A stretch of 64,000 nucleotides of DNA from a virus. The stretch lies in the IMG/VR virus record IMGVR_UViG_3300025018_000100, one strand, 5' to 3'. The translations under genes were made by a program, and so were the position numbers. The notes beneath the pieces are model-generated. The model had not been told where the DNA came from, did not search any database, and worked only from the letters and a program-made list of their open reading frames with translations. Position 1 is the stretch's first letter. Each line of letters starts with the position of its first letter. Below are positions 7,189 to 16,495 of this stretch, one piece after another.

Positions 7189-7670
7189 TACAAACTCCAA
7201 TAAGTAACGTTGTCTGGACTTCTTTGAGTAATTGCATACACTATATCATAAGGAGCATTACCTAAACCTACTCCAGGCATAGCTGAGTGAAATTTAAAAT
7301 CTTTACTTCTTTCTGCAGCTATATTAAGGTGTTCTACGCTATTACTAATTAAAGAAATTGAGCTATTGTCTTTATAATGTCTTTTAGTTTGTAGTAACCC
7401 AATACCTGTTCTGTTACCATATTTAATATCCCAAGACTCGTTAAATAGGAGAAGAAAGAAATAATTTTCATTCTCGACATTATATTTTCTAATCAATTTA
7501 CCTGCTAAAGTAGGTAAATTAACAAAATAATTAGCTCCCTCCAAAGCTACACCTGCCCCCATAACTAAATTTCCATTTTTCTTTATAACATTATTAGTAG
7601 TTAAGCAAAAAATCTTATTACCGGGCTTTGTTAACTCATTAAACATATTACCTTTACTATAATTAGCCAT
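7188..7670 (-). CDS. Macrodomain-like ADP-ribose-binding/hydrolase protein
   Basis: LTTN..KKNG.LVMGAGVA, TKRHY, MPGVGLG. Confidence 0.75.
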   Translation of the reverse strand: MANYSKGNMFNELTKPGNKIFCLTTNNVIKKNGNLVMGAGVALEGANYFVNLPTLAGKLIRKYNVENENYFFLLLFNESWDIKYGNRTGIGLLQTKRHYKDNSSISLISNSVEHLNIAAERSKDFKFHSAMPGVGLGNAPYDIVYAITQRSPDNVTYWSL

Positions 7671-8352
7671 TTTTATATCCTGTTAATAATAAAATATTTC
7701 TATTAGTATAACTACTATTAAAAGTCCAGTGAGGTGTAGTTTTCCAATTAATTTTACATATATCACCGGCTGACCATGATAAATATTTTTCTTCGTTCTC
7801 TTCGTTTAAATAACCAATACCTTGTCCTGGTACTTGATCTTCTAAGAAAATAAAGTAAGACTCTAGATTTGCTTTTCTAGAAATTTGACGCCTAACAGGA
7901 TCAAAACCGCATGCAGGATCATAATTTTCATATAGTTTAGTGTAGTGATCATAATGAATACCTTTAATATCTCCAGGTTTTTGAGTATGCAAACCTATAA
8001 CATATTCACCTCCCTCAAAACCTAACTGTTTTGCATATGATTGTTCTGAAATTTTATATCTATCAAAACCATAACTAAAATTATTTTTAAAATCAGCCTC
8101 TTCACCTTTAGGAAGATATCCTGGAGTATGGTATTCCCAATTTTTAAATTCAGGTATTTTTAACGATTTTAGATTTTTATCAATTACTACGGAACCTATT
8201 ATATCTAAACCCCTAACAGAAAAAGAGCCGATATCTTTATGATGTTCCCATAAAACTTCACCTAATTCATAATAACTAGGAACTTCATCTAATAATCTTA
8301 GATAATCCCTTAAGGTATTAATAGAATACCATTTATTTATATAATCATACAT
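7663..8352 (-). CDS. 2OG-Fe(II)/AspH-like dioxygenase
   Basis: QKPG...HYD, W.AGD, PHWTFN...R.ILLLTG. Confidence 0.65.
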   Translation of the reverse strand: MYDYINKWYSINTLRDYLRLLDEVPSYYELGEVLWEHHKDIGSFSVRGLDIIGSVVIDKNLKSLKIPEFKNWEYHTPGYLPKGEEADFKNNFSYGFDRYKISEQSYAKQLGFEGGEYVIGLHTQKPGDIKGIHYDHYTKLYENYDPACGFDPVRRQISRKANLESYFIFLEDQVPGQGIGYLNEENEEKYLSWSAGDICKINWKTTPHWTFNSSYTNRNILLLTGYKNG

Positions 8353-8860
8353 TACTAATTTCCTTTAATTTTTTCTTAGCATAGTTAGGATCACTAAGTT
8401 TTTTACTAGAGTATTCACTATTATCTTTTGGTTTAAAAATAATGTTATCCTTAACAGCTTTTGGCATAAATTCTGGTTTTGTAATTCCGTGCATTTCACA
8501 CTCAGCCATAACAAAGTATAACTGATCACAATTATGAAATCTATAGAAAAAATCTACATCCCATGTCTCAGAACCAAAAATAGCAGAGTATCTAACTTTA
8601 TAAAGTTTATTTTCTGTTTCTGCCCACAACATATCATAATCTTCTTCATCGATCATAAACTCTAACTCTACAACTGAACCATTATTAAGTGTATGTTTAT
8701 AAGTAAAAATAAGACCGTGACCCTCAATAGAGCGTAATCTACCACCATCTTTAAGGTATCCTTGATAGATTTCTTTTCTAGTAAATGATTTATCTTTACT
8801 AAATAAATTTGGATTAGTATTTAAACTTAAAACGTATTTTTTCTCAAATTCAATAGGCAT
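8345..8860 (-). CDS. CYTH (triphosphate tunnel) domain protein
   Basis: IEFEKKY ExExK, IYQGYL, RLR, K.RY, AECEM. Confidence 0.85.
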   Translation of the reverse strand: MPIEFEKKYVLSLNTNPNLFSKDKSFTRKEIYQGYLKDGGRLRSIEGHGLIFTYKHTLNNGSVVELEFMIDEEDYDMLWAETENKLYKVRYSAIFGSETWDVDFFYRFHNCDQLYFVMAECEMHGITKPEFMPKAVKDNIIFKPKDNSEYSSKKLSDPNYAKKKLKEISNV

Positions 8861-8867
8861 ATATAGT

Positions 8868-8889
8868 ACAACCCCTTTTCAGGGGTTGT
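8868..8889. terminator. Hairpin, probable terminator
   Basis: ACAACCCCT-TTTC-AGGGGTTGT. Confidence 0.7.
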
Positions 8890-8893
8890 TCTC

Positions 8894-9496
8894 TTATCTA
8901 GGTGTTATTAAAGGATGTTTACGAAGAATTACCTCTCCAACCCAATCGTACAAAAATTCCATCCATGAAGGATCATCAATAAAGATTGGAAATTTTCTAC
9001 GATTTGCCGCAAGTTGCCAGTAAGTAGGAGCAAATGGTTTAATCTTAGGAGACCACTCACCTACAGGCATACTTCCACCTTTAGCATGGTTAAGAGATGA
9101 ATGAGATGCTACTACATTATCCCAGGTAGTTTTTCCACCAGCATGTTGGGGAATAACATGATCAATAGTAATATAATCAGGACTTGAGTCTTTCAAAGAC
9201 AATGGTCTACCTGAATAAGCACATTTACCATGATCTCTATAGTAAAGAAATTCTCTACTAAACCCAATCTCTTCTTTTCTCGTTAACATCTGTGTTCTTG
9301 CAACAACTGAGGGAAATTTCATCTGTAAATCTGGATTTTGTGTTTTGACGTATCTATCATACTCAGCTACAACATGACAAGTTCCATTATACACACGGGT
9401 GATCGCATCCTCAACTGGAATAGTCTGAGGATTTGGAACCAAATTAATTGGTTGATAATCAGCGTTTAATACAAGTGTTCTTAGTCCTAAAGTCAT
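8894..9496 (-). CDS. HNH endonuclease
   Basis: TLVLNADYQP, RD.GKCAY, TIDHVIP..GG.TTWDNVV, N..KG. Confidence 0.88.
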   Translation of the reverse strand: MTLGLRTLVLNADYQPINLVPNPQTIPVEDAITRVYNGTCHVVAEYDRYVKTQNPDLQMKFPSVVARTQMLTRKEEIGFSREFLYYRDHGKCAYSGRPLSLKDSSPDYITIDHVIPQHAGGKTTWDNVVASHSSLNHAKGGSMPVGEWSPKIKPFAPTYWQLAANRRKFPIFIDDPSWMEFLYDWVGEVILRKHPLITPR

Positions 9497-9549
9497 AGCT
9501 TATCTCCTAAATCTTTCTAAAAACTATTATATTCTCTTTTAATCATTTT

Positions 9550-9819
9550 TTATTTACCTTCCTTTTCTAAATATTCTACTATAATGTCTCCGTGACAAGC
9601 CAAAGGCTTACAGAAACATCCTAATTTCTTACTTCTTAAAGCAAGAACTTTTTGTTTAAACTCAGCATCTACTTCAATTTTTTCAAGGAAATAGTTTTCA
9701 TATAGTTTAATAGCTTTTTTTCTATCTTTACCTACAGGGAAAGGATTTCCAAAATCACTAGGTCTTCCTATATATACATCAAAATCTTCTTGATTTTGAT
9801 TAACTACTACAGTCCGCAA
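9550..9819 (-). CDS. DUF4326-type protein
   Basis: DVYIGRPS.FGNPF, LGCFCKP.ACHGD. Confidence 0.88.
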   Translation of the reverse strand: MRTVVVNQNQEDFDVYIGRPSDFGNPFPVGKDRKKAIKLYENYFLEKIEVDAEFKQKVLALRSKKLGCFCKPLACHGDIIVEYLEKEGK

Positions 9820-9995
9820 AAAAATACTACCTCCCCGTTTTCATCAGTATTAAATTGTATAGGTACTCCAATATACTGATTTGCATGTATATCTTCATCT
9901 AAATATAATGCATACATATCTTTAAGATTTTCGTCTACAAAATATAAAGAGTTACCAATAATACCAACAATAGTACCAAAATTAATTTGTTCCAT
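9807..9995 (-). CDS. Hypothetical protein
   Basis: ATG ORF overlapping next gene start. Confidence 0.6.
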   Translation of the reverse strand: MEQINFGTIVGIIGNSLYFVDENLKDMYALYLDEDIHANQYIGVPIQFNTDENGEVVFFCGL

Positions 9996-10014
9996 TAGTA
10001 ATCCTATAAAAATT

Positions 10015-10089
10015 TGGTAGGGATAAACGGGTTCGAACCGTTGACTTCTTTCATGTCACGAAAGTACTCTTCCACTGAGTTATATCCCT
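10015..10089 (-). tRNA. tRNA-Val(GAC)
   Basis: CTTTC-GT GAC AT-GAAAG, T arm, ACCA end; promoter TTGTCA-N18-TACTAT upstream. Confidence 0.93.
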
Positions 10090-10151
10090 ATTTTTGTTAA
10101 TTTTAAGTTCTTTATTCTATATAGTAGCATTAATTTTTAGTAGTTGACAAG

Positions 10152-11567
10152 TTAAAAATTAACGAAATCTTTAATATGGTCAAACCAATTTAAAGAAATA
10201 TCATGTCTTGTATTAGGAATTGGTTTTCCTCTCTCATTCAATGAGGTGTTAATTAACACCCTACAGTTCTCATATTCTTTAAGTTTTGTTAAGATTTTGT
10301 AAGCTATATCTTGGCTAGAATCTACCATTTGTAATCTACCTGTAGGAAATATATTATTACTATACATACTATCAAAAGTAAATAACATTTCTTTACTAAC
10401 CTTATTTTTTGTTATATAGTAATCAGACGCGTACTCGGAGAGTACCATAGGAGCGTAAGGTCTCCAATTGTCTTTAATTCTATTTTTTATATAATTTAAT
10501 TTATTAATATTATCTTTAGTAGGTATACAAAGTAAACTTCTATTACCTAAAGCTCTTGGACCCCATTCAGCCTTTCCACCTATAACAAAAGCTATATTAC
10601 CTTTTTTAATATAATTAACCCACTTATCAATATCATCATCAGTATAATCAGAATATACACCATGAAAACTATTTTCCCAAGTACCTTTGAGATTTTTATT
10701 CCAAGCTGCTCCCATAGCACATCCTGCATCACCTGCCGCAGGATTGATAAAAACATCATCGAAGACACTAAATAGTTTAGAATTAGCTACACAATTATAA
10801 GCTAAACCTCCGCTATAGTATAAAATCGATGTTTTTGTTTCGTTTTTCAACCAAGTAGCTAGAGAAACGATTATTTTTTCTATAGTATCCTGAATGCTAG
10901 CGCACAAATCAAAATCTACTTTATTAATTTTTCCTGAACCTACTATACTATTAATTAAGTATTCTTTTGGTATTACTTTATAATTACCAGAATTATAATT
11001 AACGATATGTTTTTTGAATAAAGGAGACCAAATAGGTTTACCATAATGAGAAGCACTCATTATGATATTTTCATCATATAAAGGTCTTAACCCGCTAAAA
11101 CTAGTAACAGCACTATATAATAGTCCTAAACTATTTGGATAATTAAATCTTTTTAACCAAGTAATATTTGAACCATCCCAATACCCTAAGCTAGTAGCAT
11201 AGTTTCCGCCTTTAGTATCTGCTACCATTACGGCTCCAGGTATACCTTTATTCATACCTATACTACTATAAGCGTGAGCATCATGATGATTGATAAAATC
11301 AATATTACTAATATTTATAAATTTTTTAAGTAGTTTTTTAGTTTTATACCTATCAATAAAATTATCTTCTTTATTAAAAAAAGTAACATTATCAATAGCA
11401 TATTTATTTCTTACATATTTCAATGTTAGTTTAGGAAAACTAGCATCGTGCTTTATTCCACTAAATCTTTCTTCTTGAGAAGCAAATAAAACTTCTCCTG
11501 TATCTTCCTTTACTAGAGTTATAGCACTGTCATGGTGACCATAACTAATTCCTAAATTATTAGCCAT
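10152..11567 (-). CDS. Carbamoyltransferase (NodU/CmcH family)
   Basis: HDSA, EERF..IKH, HHDAHA, SLGLLY, GG.AYNCVAN, GDAG, EWGPRALGNRS, RPYAP, NTSLN.RGKP. Confidence 0.93.
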   Translation of the reverse strand: MANNLGISYGHHDSAITLVKEDTGEVLFASQEERFSGIKHDASFPKLTLKYVRNKYAIDNVTFFNKEDNFIDRYKTKKLLKKFINISNIDFINHHDAHAYSSIGMNKGIPGAVMVADTKGGNYATSLGYWDGSNITWLKRFNYPNSLGLLYSAVTSFSGLRPLYDENIIMSASHYGKPIWSPLFKKHIVNYNSGNYKVIPKEYLINSIVGSGKINKVDFDLCASIQDTIEKIIVSLATWLKNETKTSILYYSGGLAYNCVANSKLFSVFDDVFINPAAGDAGCAMGAAWNKNLKGTWENSFHGVYSDYTDDDIDKWVNYIKKGNIAFVIGGKAEWGPRALGNRSLLCIPTKDNINKLNYIKNRIKDNWRPYAPMVLSEYASDYYITKNKVSKEMLFTFDSMYSNNIFPTGRLQMVDSSQDIAYKILTKLKEYENCRVLINTSLNERGKPIPNTRHDISLNWFDHIKDFVNF

Positions 11568-11574
11568 AATAAAA

Positions 11575-11596
11575 GGCGGTAGATTTCTCTACCGCC
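11575..11596 (-). terminator. Terminator after Hsp20
   Basis: GGCGGTAGA/TCTACCGCC hairpin followed by TTTT on minus strand. Confidence 0.8.
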
Positions 11597-11609
11597 CCCC
11601 TATTAGTTA

Positions 11610-12044
11610 CTATACACTTGGTTGTGTAGATTGTTTCGTTGAGGGTTCTTTAATATCAATTTTTTGTACATCTTTTTGATATTTAATAAAATGAATTTTA
11701 AGAATACCATTTTCAAGAACAACATCTCCTATAGTATACATACTAGGAATTATAAAGTTACTTTTGAAAGATTTACTACTAATACCTTTGTAGACATATT
11801 CAAGATTACTATCATTTTTAGTAGCATTAATACTTAAAATACCGTCTTTAGCGGTAACTTCAATATCATCAAGGAAATAACCGGCCATGGCTATTTCTAC
11901 GGTTAAGTTTCCTTTATCATCCTTAATAACATTATAAGGTAAATGCATTAACTTATTGGTATGATTAATTCCGGATACCCAACTATCTAAAAGATAATCA
12001 ATCATGTCGAAAGTCTTTATATGTAAATTATTTGATTTATTCAT
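11610..12044 (-). CDS. Small heat-shock protein (Hsp20, IbpA-like)
   Basis: PYNVI, EIAMAG, YKGIS.KSF, LENGILKI. Confidence 0.92.
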   Translation of the reverse strand: MNKSNNLHIKTFDMIDYLLDSWVSGINHTNKLMHLPYNVIKDDKGNLTVEIAMAGYFLDDIEVTAKDGILSINATKNDSNLEYVYKGISSKSFKSNFIIPSMYTIGDVVLENGILKIHFIKYQKDVQKIDIKEPSTKQSTQPSV

Positions 12045-12099
12045 TTATTTCTCCTTTTAAAGCAAGAATATGTAGATTTCCTATTATAGGCAAATCTAA
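12045..12099 (-). promoter_or_regulatory. ROSE-like RNA thermometer in Hsp20 5'UTR
   Basis: Hairpin 1 TAGATTTGCCTAT..AGGAAATCTA; hairpin 2 TTCTTGCT-TTAAA-AGGAGAA places UUGCU opposite the SD; TTGCTA-N17-TATTCT promoter just upstream. Confidence 0.75.
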
Positions 12100-12146
12100 T
12101 TTAGAATAACAAAGTTATTAGTAAATAGCAATAAAAATTTTTAAAA

Positions 12147-12896
12147 TTATGCTAAATTCTTATTTATATAAGGATTAACAAATTTATTTCTCAGTTTTCT
12201 ATAATGATTTTGAAAAAGTAATCCATGACCCTGACTTACATCTTCTTCTACTATATGTAAATAATATTCTAATTTTTGAAATATATGAGCTATTTCATGA
12301 CATAGAATAGATAAAATATATATTAAAGGATTAAGAGTTATTAAATTTCCAATCTCAGTATCTTTTTTATAATCACTACCCATTTCTTCTAATTTAAAAA
12401 CATACTGACTTAAATCTTTATTTATACACTCTTCATTAATAAATATTAAATAACTAGAATCAATTCTACCTGCGCATCCTATTATCATACTGTCTTTTTC
12501 ATGTAACTTACTAATAGTTTTATTATCAATAATTTTTCCATAGGAAAAAGATAGTTCATCTTTAATAAAATAACTATAATTATATATATGATTACTTTTA
12601 ATGTCTAAAATATTAGCATAATCTTCAGCTATAAACCTACATATTCTTTCAATATTATCTTTCCAATATTGTTTGTCCGAAGTATTTTTTCCACAAGGAT
12701 GTGTAATTGTTTTTATCGGGGCAATCGTTGATCCATCGGACGATTGCCCATCTATTGCTAGTTGGATTGACGACTTGATGAACCATGAAGCTAGGGAATG
12801 TGACTCTTTTGCCCGCGACTGGGTATATTTCTGCAAGTATTTCGGTTGGCACGGGGGCTGAGAATTCGGTTTGATATACTCTTTTTGATAATCCAT
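12147..12896 (-). CDS. SprT-like zinc metalloprotease-domain protein (true start uncertain, probably near 12650-12700)
   Basis: LCHEIAH (HExxH) and GHG..F; the first ~80 codons overlap the oxygenase gene. Confidence 0.6.
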   Translation of the reverse strand: MDYQKEYIKPNSQPPCQPKYLQKYTQSRAKESHSLASWFIKSSIQLAIDGQSSDGSTIAPIKTITHPCGKNTSDKQYWKDNIERICRFIAEDYANILDIKSNHIYNYSYFIKDELSFSYGKIIDNKTISKLHEKDSMIIGCAGRIDSSYLIFINEECINKDLSQYVFKLEEMGSDYKKDTEIGNLITLNPLIYILSILCHEIAHIFQKLEYYLHIVEEDVSQGHGLLFQNHYRKLRNKFVNPYINKNLA

Positions 12897-13200
12897 TAAA
12901 ATTACCTATCTGTAAAGGAGAGCCAGTTGTTAAATAAGTTATTTCAGAGAAAAAACGACTAGTACGAGGCATAGTTAATTTATTATTTTCCCAATTTAAA
13001 TTATCAAAATGCCATTTATATGTATCCCCTGGTTTAATTAAAATACAAGTAACTGAGGGTATAACATTAGCAATCCATTGTTCTCCGTAATATTCTACTT
13101 TTTTTTCGCATTCTTTTACTATTATATCAGCATTTTCTGCAACTTGTCTAGAAAAATCTATATTTACAAATTCTTCCCATCCCTCTTTTATGAAATCCAT
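12655..13200 (-). CDS. 2OG-Fe(II) oxygenase
   Basis: YKWHFD, P.AG..V.FPS.MVH.V, RWAIV.W. Confidence 0.85.
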   Translation of the reverse strand: MDFIKEGWEEFVNIDFSRQVAENADIIVKECEKKVEYYGEQWIANVIPSVTCILIKPGDTYKWHFDNLNWENNKLTMPRTSRFFSEITYLTTGSPLQIGNFNGLSKRVYQTEFSAPVPTEILAEIYPVAGKRVTFPSFMVHQVVNPTSNRWAIVRWINDCPDKNNYTSLWKKYFGQTILER

Positions 13201-13733
13201 TTTTTATCCTTTATAGTCTTAACTATAAAATTTAATAGCTTTTCATTATTCTTTACATCCATGTGATTTCCAGGATTTAAAGGGTTATGAATTATCCCTA
13301 ATTCATCTAAATGAAAAGTTAATCCATTAGAAAATTTATAATAATCTACTGACCAATGAAAGTGTATAGTTTTTTCTTTTACTATCTTATCTATAATGGT
13401 ATAATAGTTATAATGGTCTATAATATCTTTTTCTTTGTCATATAAAAGAAATATATACTCTTCAAAAAAAGCTCTAAGTTTTTTATGTCTCTCAATAGTA
13501 GCAAAATTATAATCTCTACTCATTCTCGGAAAAAATAACCTATTTTTGTTTGTATGAAAAATAATAGTAATATTTTTACTATCATAATACTCTTTTAATT
13601 GTTTTAAAATCCTATATTCACTTGATCCTGCGGTAGCATAATTACTACTTAAAGGTATTTTTTGAGTCCATTCGTATATATTACCTGGATGAATAGCAGC
13701 ATAACTGTCACCGTAGATATTTATATTAACCAT
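13188..13733 (-). CDS. SGNH/GDSL-like protein
   Basis: IYGDSY, NYA.AGSS, C-terminal NHM...N. Confidence 0.65.
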   Translation of the reverse strand: MVNINIYGDSYAAIHPGNIYEWTQKIPLSSNYATAGSSEYRILKQLKEYYDSKNITIIFHTNKNRLFFPRMSRDYNFATIERHKKLRAFFEEYIFLLYDKEKDIIDHYNYYTIIDKIVKEKTIHFHWSVDYYKFSNGLTFHLDELGIIHNPLNPGNHMDVKNNEKLLNFIVKTIKDKKWIS

Positions 13734-14314
13734 TCTAAATCTCTTAATTTTTGGTACATTACTAATGAAAAAGCGTTGTGACCTTCTTGATTTACGTGAC
13801 CGCTTCCATCAGGATATTTATTTCTATATTCACCAAAATTTGATCTGTAAATACTAGGGTGATGAAATATTATTTTATTATTAGTAATGCTGTTTCTAAA
13901 TAAAGGCATTACTAATATTTTATCTTTATCTATAGAATTTAACACACTAATAACACTTAGTAAAGCTATTCTATGATGCCATTTAGAAGTAGTAAAAAAA
14001 TCATACCATAAGGTTTTACTTTTCTTACCCCATATATCTTTAACACCCCAAGCATATTTCATCATAAACGACCCATCACCTCTAGGGTCTGCTACTAATT
14101 CATGTCCTAATACCCATATAATTTTATCAAAACTGTCTTTTTCTAAATTTAATATAAGATTAGCTTGGTAATCTAGGGAAGAACCTTCAGTTACAAAATT
14201 ATTAAGAGATAATAGTTCAGGCCATGGTAAAGACACAGATAAACTACTAGCGCAGAAACTATTTCCTACAACTAAAATTTTCTTGCTTTCTTCTTGATTT
14301 ATGTTATAATACAT
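13721..14314 (-). CDS. SGNH/GDSL-like protein
   Basis: VVGNSF, WPELL, GSS, DGSGHVN.EGH; start uncertain. Confidence 0.65.
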   Translation of the reverse strand: MYYNINQEESKKILVVGNSFCASSLSVSLPWPELLSLNNFVTEGSSLDYQANLILNLEKDSFDKIIWVLGHELVADPRGDGSFMMKYAWGVKDIWGKKSKTLWYDFFTTSKWHHRIALLSVISVLNSIDKDKILVMPLFRNSITNNKIIFHHPSIYRSNFGEYRNKYPDGSGHVNQEGHNAFSLVMYQKLRDLEWLI

Positions 14315-14317
14315 AGT

Positions 14318-14953
14318 ATGAAAATCATTTGTTGTGGAGACAGTTATACCCAAGGAGAGGGTTTAGCTGATTATAAAAAAGAATGCTGGCCTTATTTAAT
14401 AGAACGTAAGCTAAAAGCTGACGTTATGCTTAACTACGGAAATTCAGGTGCTAGCGAAATGATGATTACTGAGCAAGTAGAAAGAGCTGTAACTCATAAA
14501 CCAGATTTAGTTATGGTTGCCCACACATCTCCCTATAGGTGGCAAACTAGAAAAAACAATTCTTGGCAAGGTTTTATAGTAGCCAATAGCTCTCAATGGA
14601 TACTATCTGAACAAATAATAGGTAGTAAACATAAAGCTGCATGGCATGGCGCTGGAATGATTTTTTACTCAGAACCAGAATTAGTAGGTAGAATTTATAG
14701 GTCAGCACTAGCACTACAAATAGCTATTTTAGAAAAAAATAATATCCCTCATATTCATATGTGTTGTTTTGATAACACATTATATCATTTAGAAAAGTTA
14801 ACAGATAACTATATAAATTATCATTTAGATAAAATGAAAGTTCAAGATTTTGCTCCTGATAGAAGTCATGCAGGTCCTGCTTCGCATAAGATTGTAACTT
14901 ATGCTTTAATTAAAAAAATACAAGAACTATATCCAAATTTACTTGTTATATAA
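14318..14953 (+). CDS. SGNH/GDSL-like protein; lone plus-strand gene in the minus block, probably leaderless
   Basis: MKIICCGDSYTQG, WP, NYG.SGAS, D.SHAGP.SH; TTGCTT-N16-TATAAT ends 7 nt before ATG. Confidence 0.8.
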   Translation: MKIICCGDSYTQGEGLADYKKECWPYLIERKLKADVMLNYGNSGASEMMITEQVERAVTHKPDLVMVAHTSPYRWQTRKNNSWQGFIVANSSQWILSEQIIGSKHKAAWHGAGMIFYSEPELVGRIYRSALALQIAILEKNNIPHIHMCCFDNTLYHLEKLTDNYINYHLDKMKVQDFAPDRSHAGPASHKIVTYALIKKIQELYPNLLVI

Positions 14954-15205
14954 ATCAACTAATCTACTAAATTCATCCGTTTTTTCTTCTTCGTCTTCAA
15001 TATTATTTTTATAAATAGTAGTAGCCACTTTTCTAATAGTCGGTTTATTAAGCCCATAAGTTTCTGAAAGATGTTTAACTAAAGAGGTCACACTTTCTCT
15101 ACTATCAGCTTGCTTAACCATTTCATCAACAATAGTATCAATACATCTTTTATAATCTTTTAAATCTAATTCTTTATATACTTTTTCTTTTTTTTCTTCT
15201 GTCAT
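14939..15205 (-). CDS. Small dsDNA-binding protein (T4 DsbA/GapR-like)
   Basis: Helical pattern ..IVDEM..Q...E.V......E.YGL.K.TIRKVA..YK......EE....LY. Confidence 0.55.
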   Translation of the reverse strand: MTEEKKEKVYKELDLKDYKRCIDTIVDEMVKQADSRESVTSLVKHLSETYGLNKPTIRKVATTIYKNNIEDEEEKTDEFSRLVDLYNK

Positions 15206-15209
15206 TTTT

Positions 15210-15602
15210 TTATCTCTCGTTATTCACTATTAAACTAATACCTTCCTCTCTTTTAAGAGCAGGAAATATTCTTATTATTCTCTTTTTCTCTAATTCTTCT
15301 GCTATAGATTCCCAAATAATTTCAGAACTCTTTTTTACTGCTTTGACGTCTTTTATATTTAAAGATTCCATATTTTCTATACAGACGTTATATATATGTT
15401 GTCTAGCCCAAGTTAAATTAGCTAATCCAATCTTAGAAGAAGTAAAACTCCCTTCTTCTAGTTCTATCTCTCTGGGAGATACTAATTCATATCTACTATT
15501 AGAAAAACTTACATCATGCTCTTCACTATATATATCTATAGGAGTACCTAATATTAATTGTTTTACTTCTTCAAATAAACTTTCAAATAAACTTGTATTC
15601 AT
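15210..15602 (-). CDS. Hypothetical protein
   Basis: ATG ORF in operon. Confidence 0.7.
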   Translation of the reverse strand: MNTSLFESLFEEVKQLILGTPIDIYSEEHDVSFSNSRYELVSPREIELEEGSFTSSKIGLANLTWARQHIYNVCIENMESLNIKDVKAVKKSSEIIWESIAEELEKKRIIRIFPALKREEGISLIVNNER

Positions 15603-15610
15603 AGTACTTC

Positions 15611-16495
15611 CTATTGTTGAATAGCTGGAACATAATGAGTAGTTCTTCCGTCATTAAGTTTAATCTTAATTACAGGATTTCCAAATGGGTCTACTTTTTG
15701 ATTATATACCATTATTCCTGACATTTCTTCAATTTCTTCTTGAGCGTGATTAAATTTAGTATTATTTCTGGCTGCAACTATCTCTTTTGGATTACTAGCG
15801 AATCTAGTATACTGCCCTTCATTATTAAACATATCTGTATAATTACTAATTGTAGCACCACCTAAACGATAACTGTTATTTAAAACTTTAATAATACTAT
15901 AATATAGTTTTGAGCGTTCAACAAATGATAAATCACCAATTTTTCTACTAGGGTGAACTCCTGCTAGATACATACTTTCGCTCTTATAAATATTACCTAC
16001 ACCACTTATAATAGTTTGTTCCATTAAAAAACTAACTAAACTTCTCCCTTTATGTTTATTACATAAATTGTGAAATTCTTCTAAAGTACAAGGATTAGAT
16101 AACATATCAGGTCCTATACTACTAAGTTTCTTTAACAACTCTTTTTGGTTAGTAAATTTAATAGTACCAAAATTTCGCATATCACAATAATATAAATCAA
16201 ATAACTCAAACCTAAATTTAATTCGAGCATATTTATTAGCTTCTGTTTTCCAAGTACCTGTCATTCCTAGTGTGGTAAATATTACATCGTCACTATCAAA
16301 CTCAATATAAATAAATTTACCTTTACAGGATACATCTTTTACAACTTTAGGTAGTGAGGAAGAAAAAGAAGAAATACCTTCAGGAGGTTTTTTAGTATAT
16401 CTTCCTGTAAGTATTGTTACTTCTAATAATTCTTCTTCAAGAAGTATATCTTGTAGTTGTACTACTAATCTTTTGACTTCTGGACCTTCTGGCAT
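15611..16495 (-). CDS. Fpg/Nei DNA glycosylase with zincless finger
   Basis: MPEGPEV, KGK, LGMTG, D.RNFG, GPD, H2TH SGVGNIYKSE, GRTTHYVP without zinc cysteines. Confidence 0.93.
   Translation of the reverse strand: MPEGPEVKRLVVQLQDILLEEELLEVTILTGRYTKKPPEGISSFSSSLPKVVKDVSCKGKFIYIEFDSDDVIFTTLGMTGTWKTEANKYARIKFRFELFDLYYCDMRNFGTIKFTNQKELLKKLSSIGPDMLSNPCTLEEFHNLCNKHKGRSLVSFLMEQTIISGVGNIYKSESMYLAGVHPSRKIGDLSFVERSKLYYSIIKVLNNSYRLGGATISNYTDMFNNEGQYTRFASNPKEIVAARNNTKFNHAQEEIEEMSGIMVYNQKVDPFGNPVIKIKLNDGRTTHYVPAIQQ

Noticed and set aside
12655-12896. Genuine 242-nt same-strand dual-coding overlap
   Set aside because: The extension has no recognisable features; more likely a mis-called start of the HExxH gene
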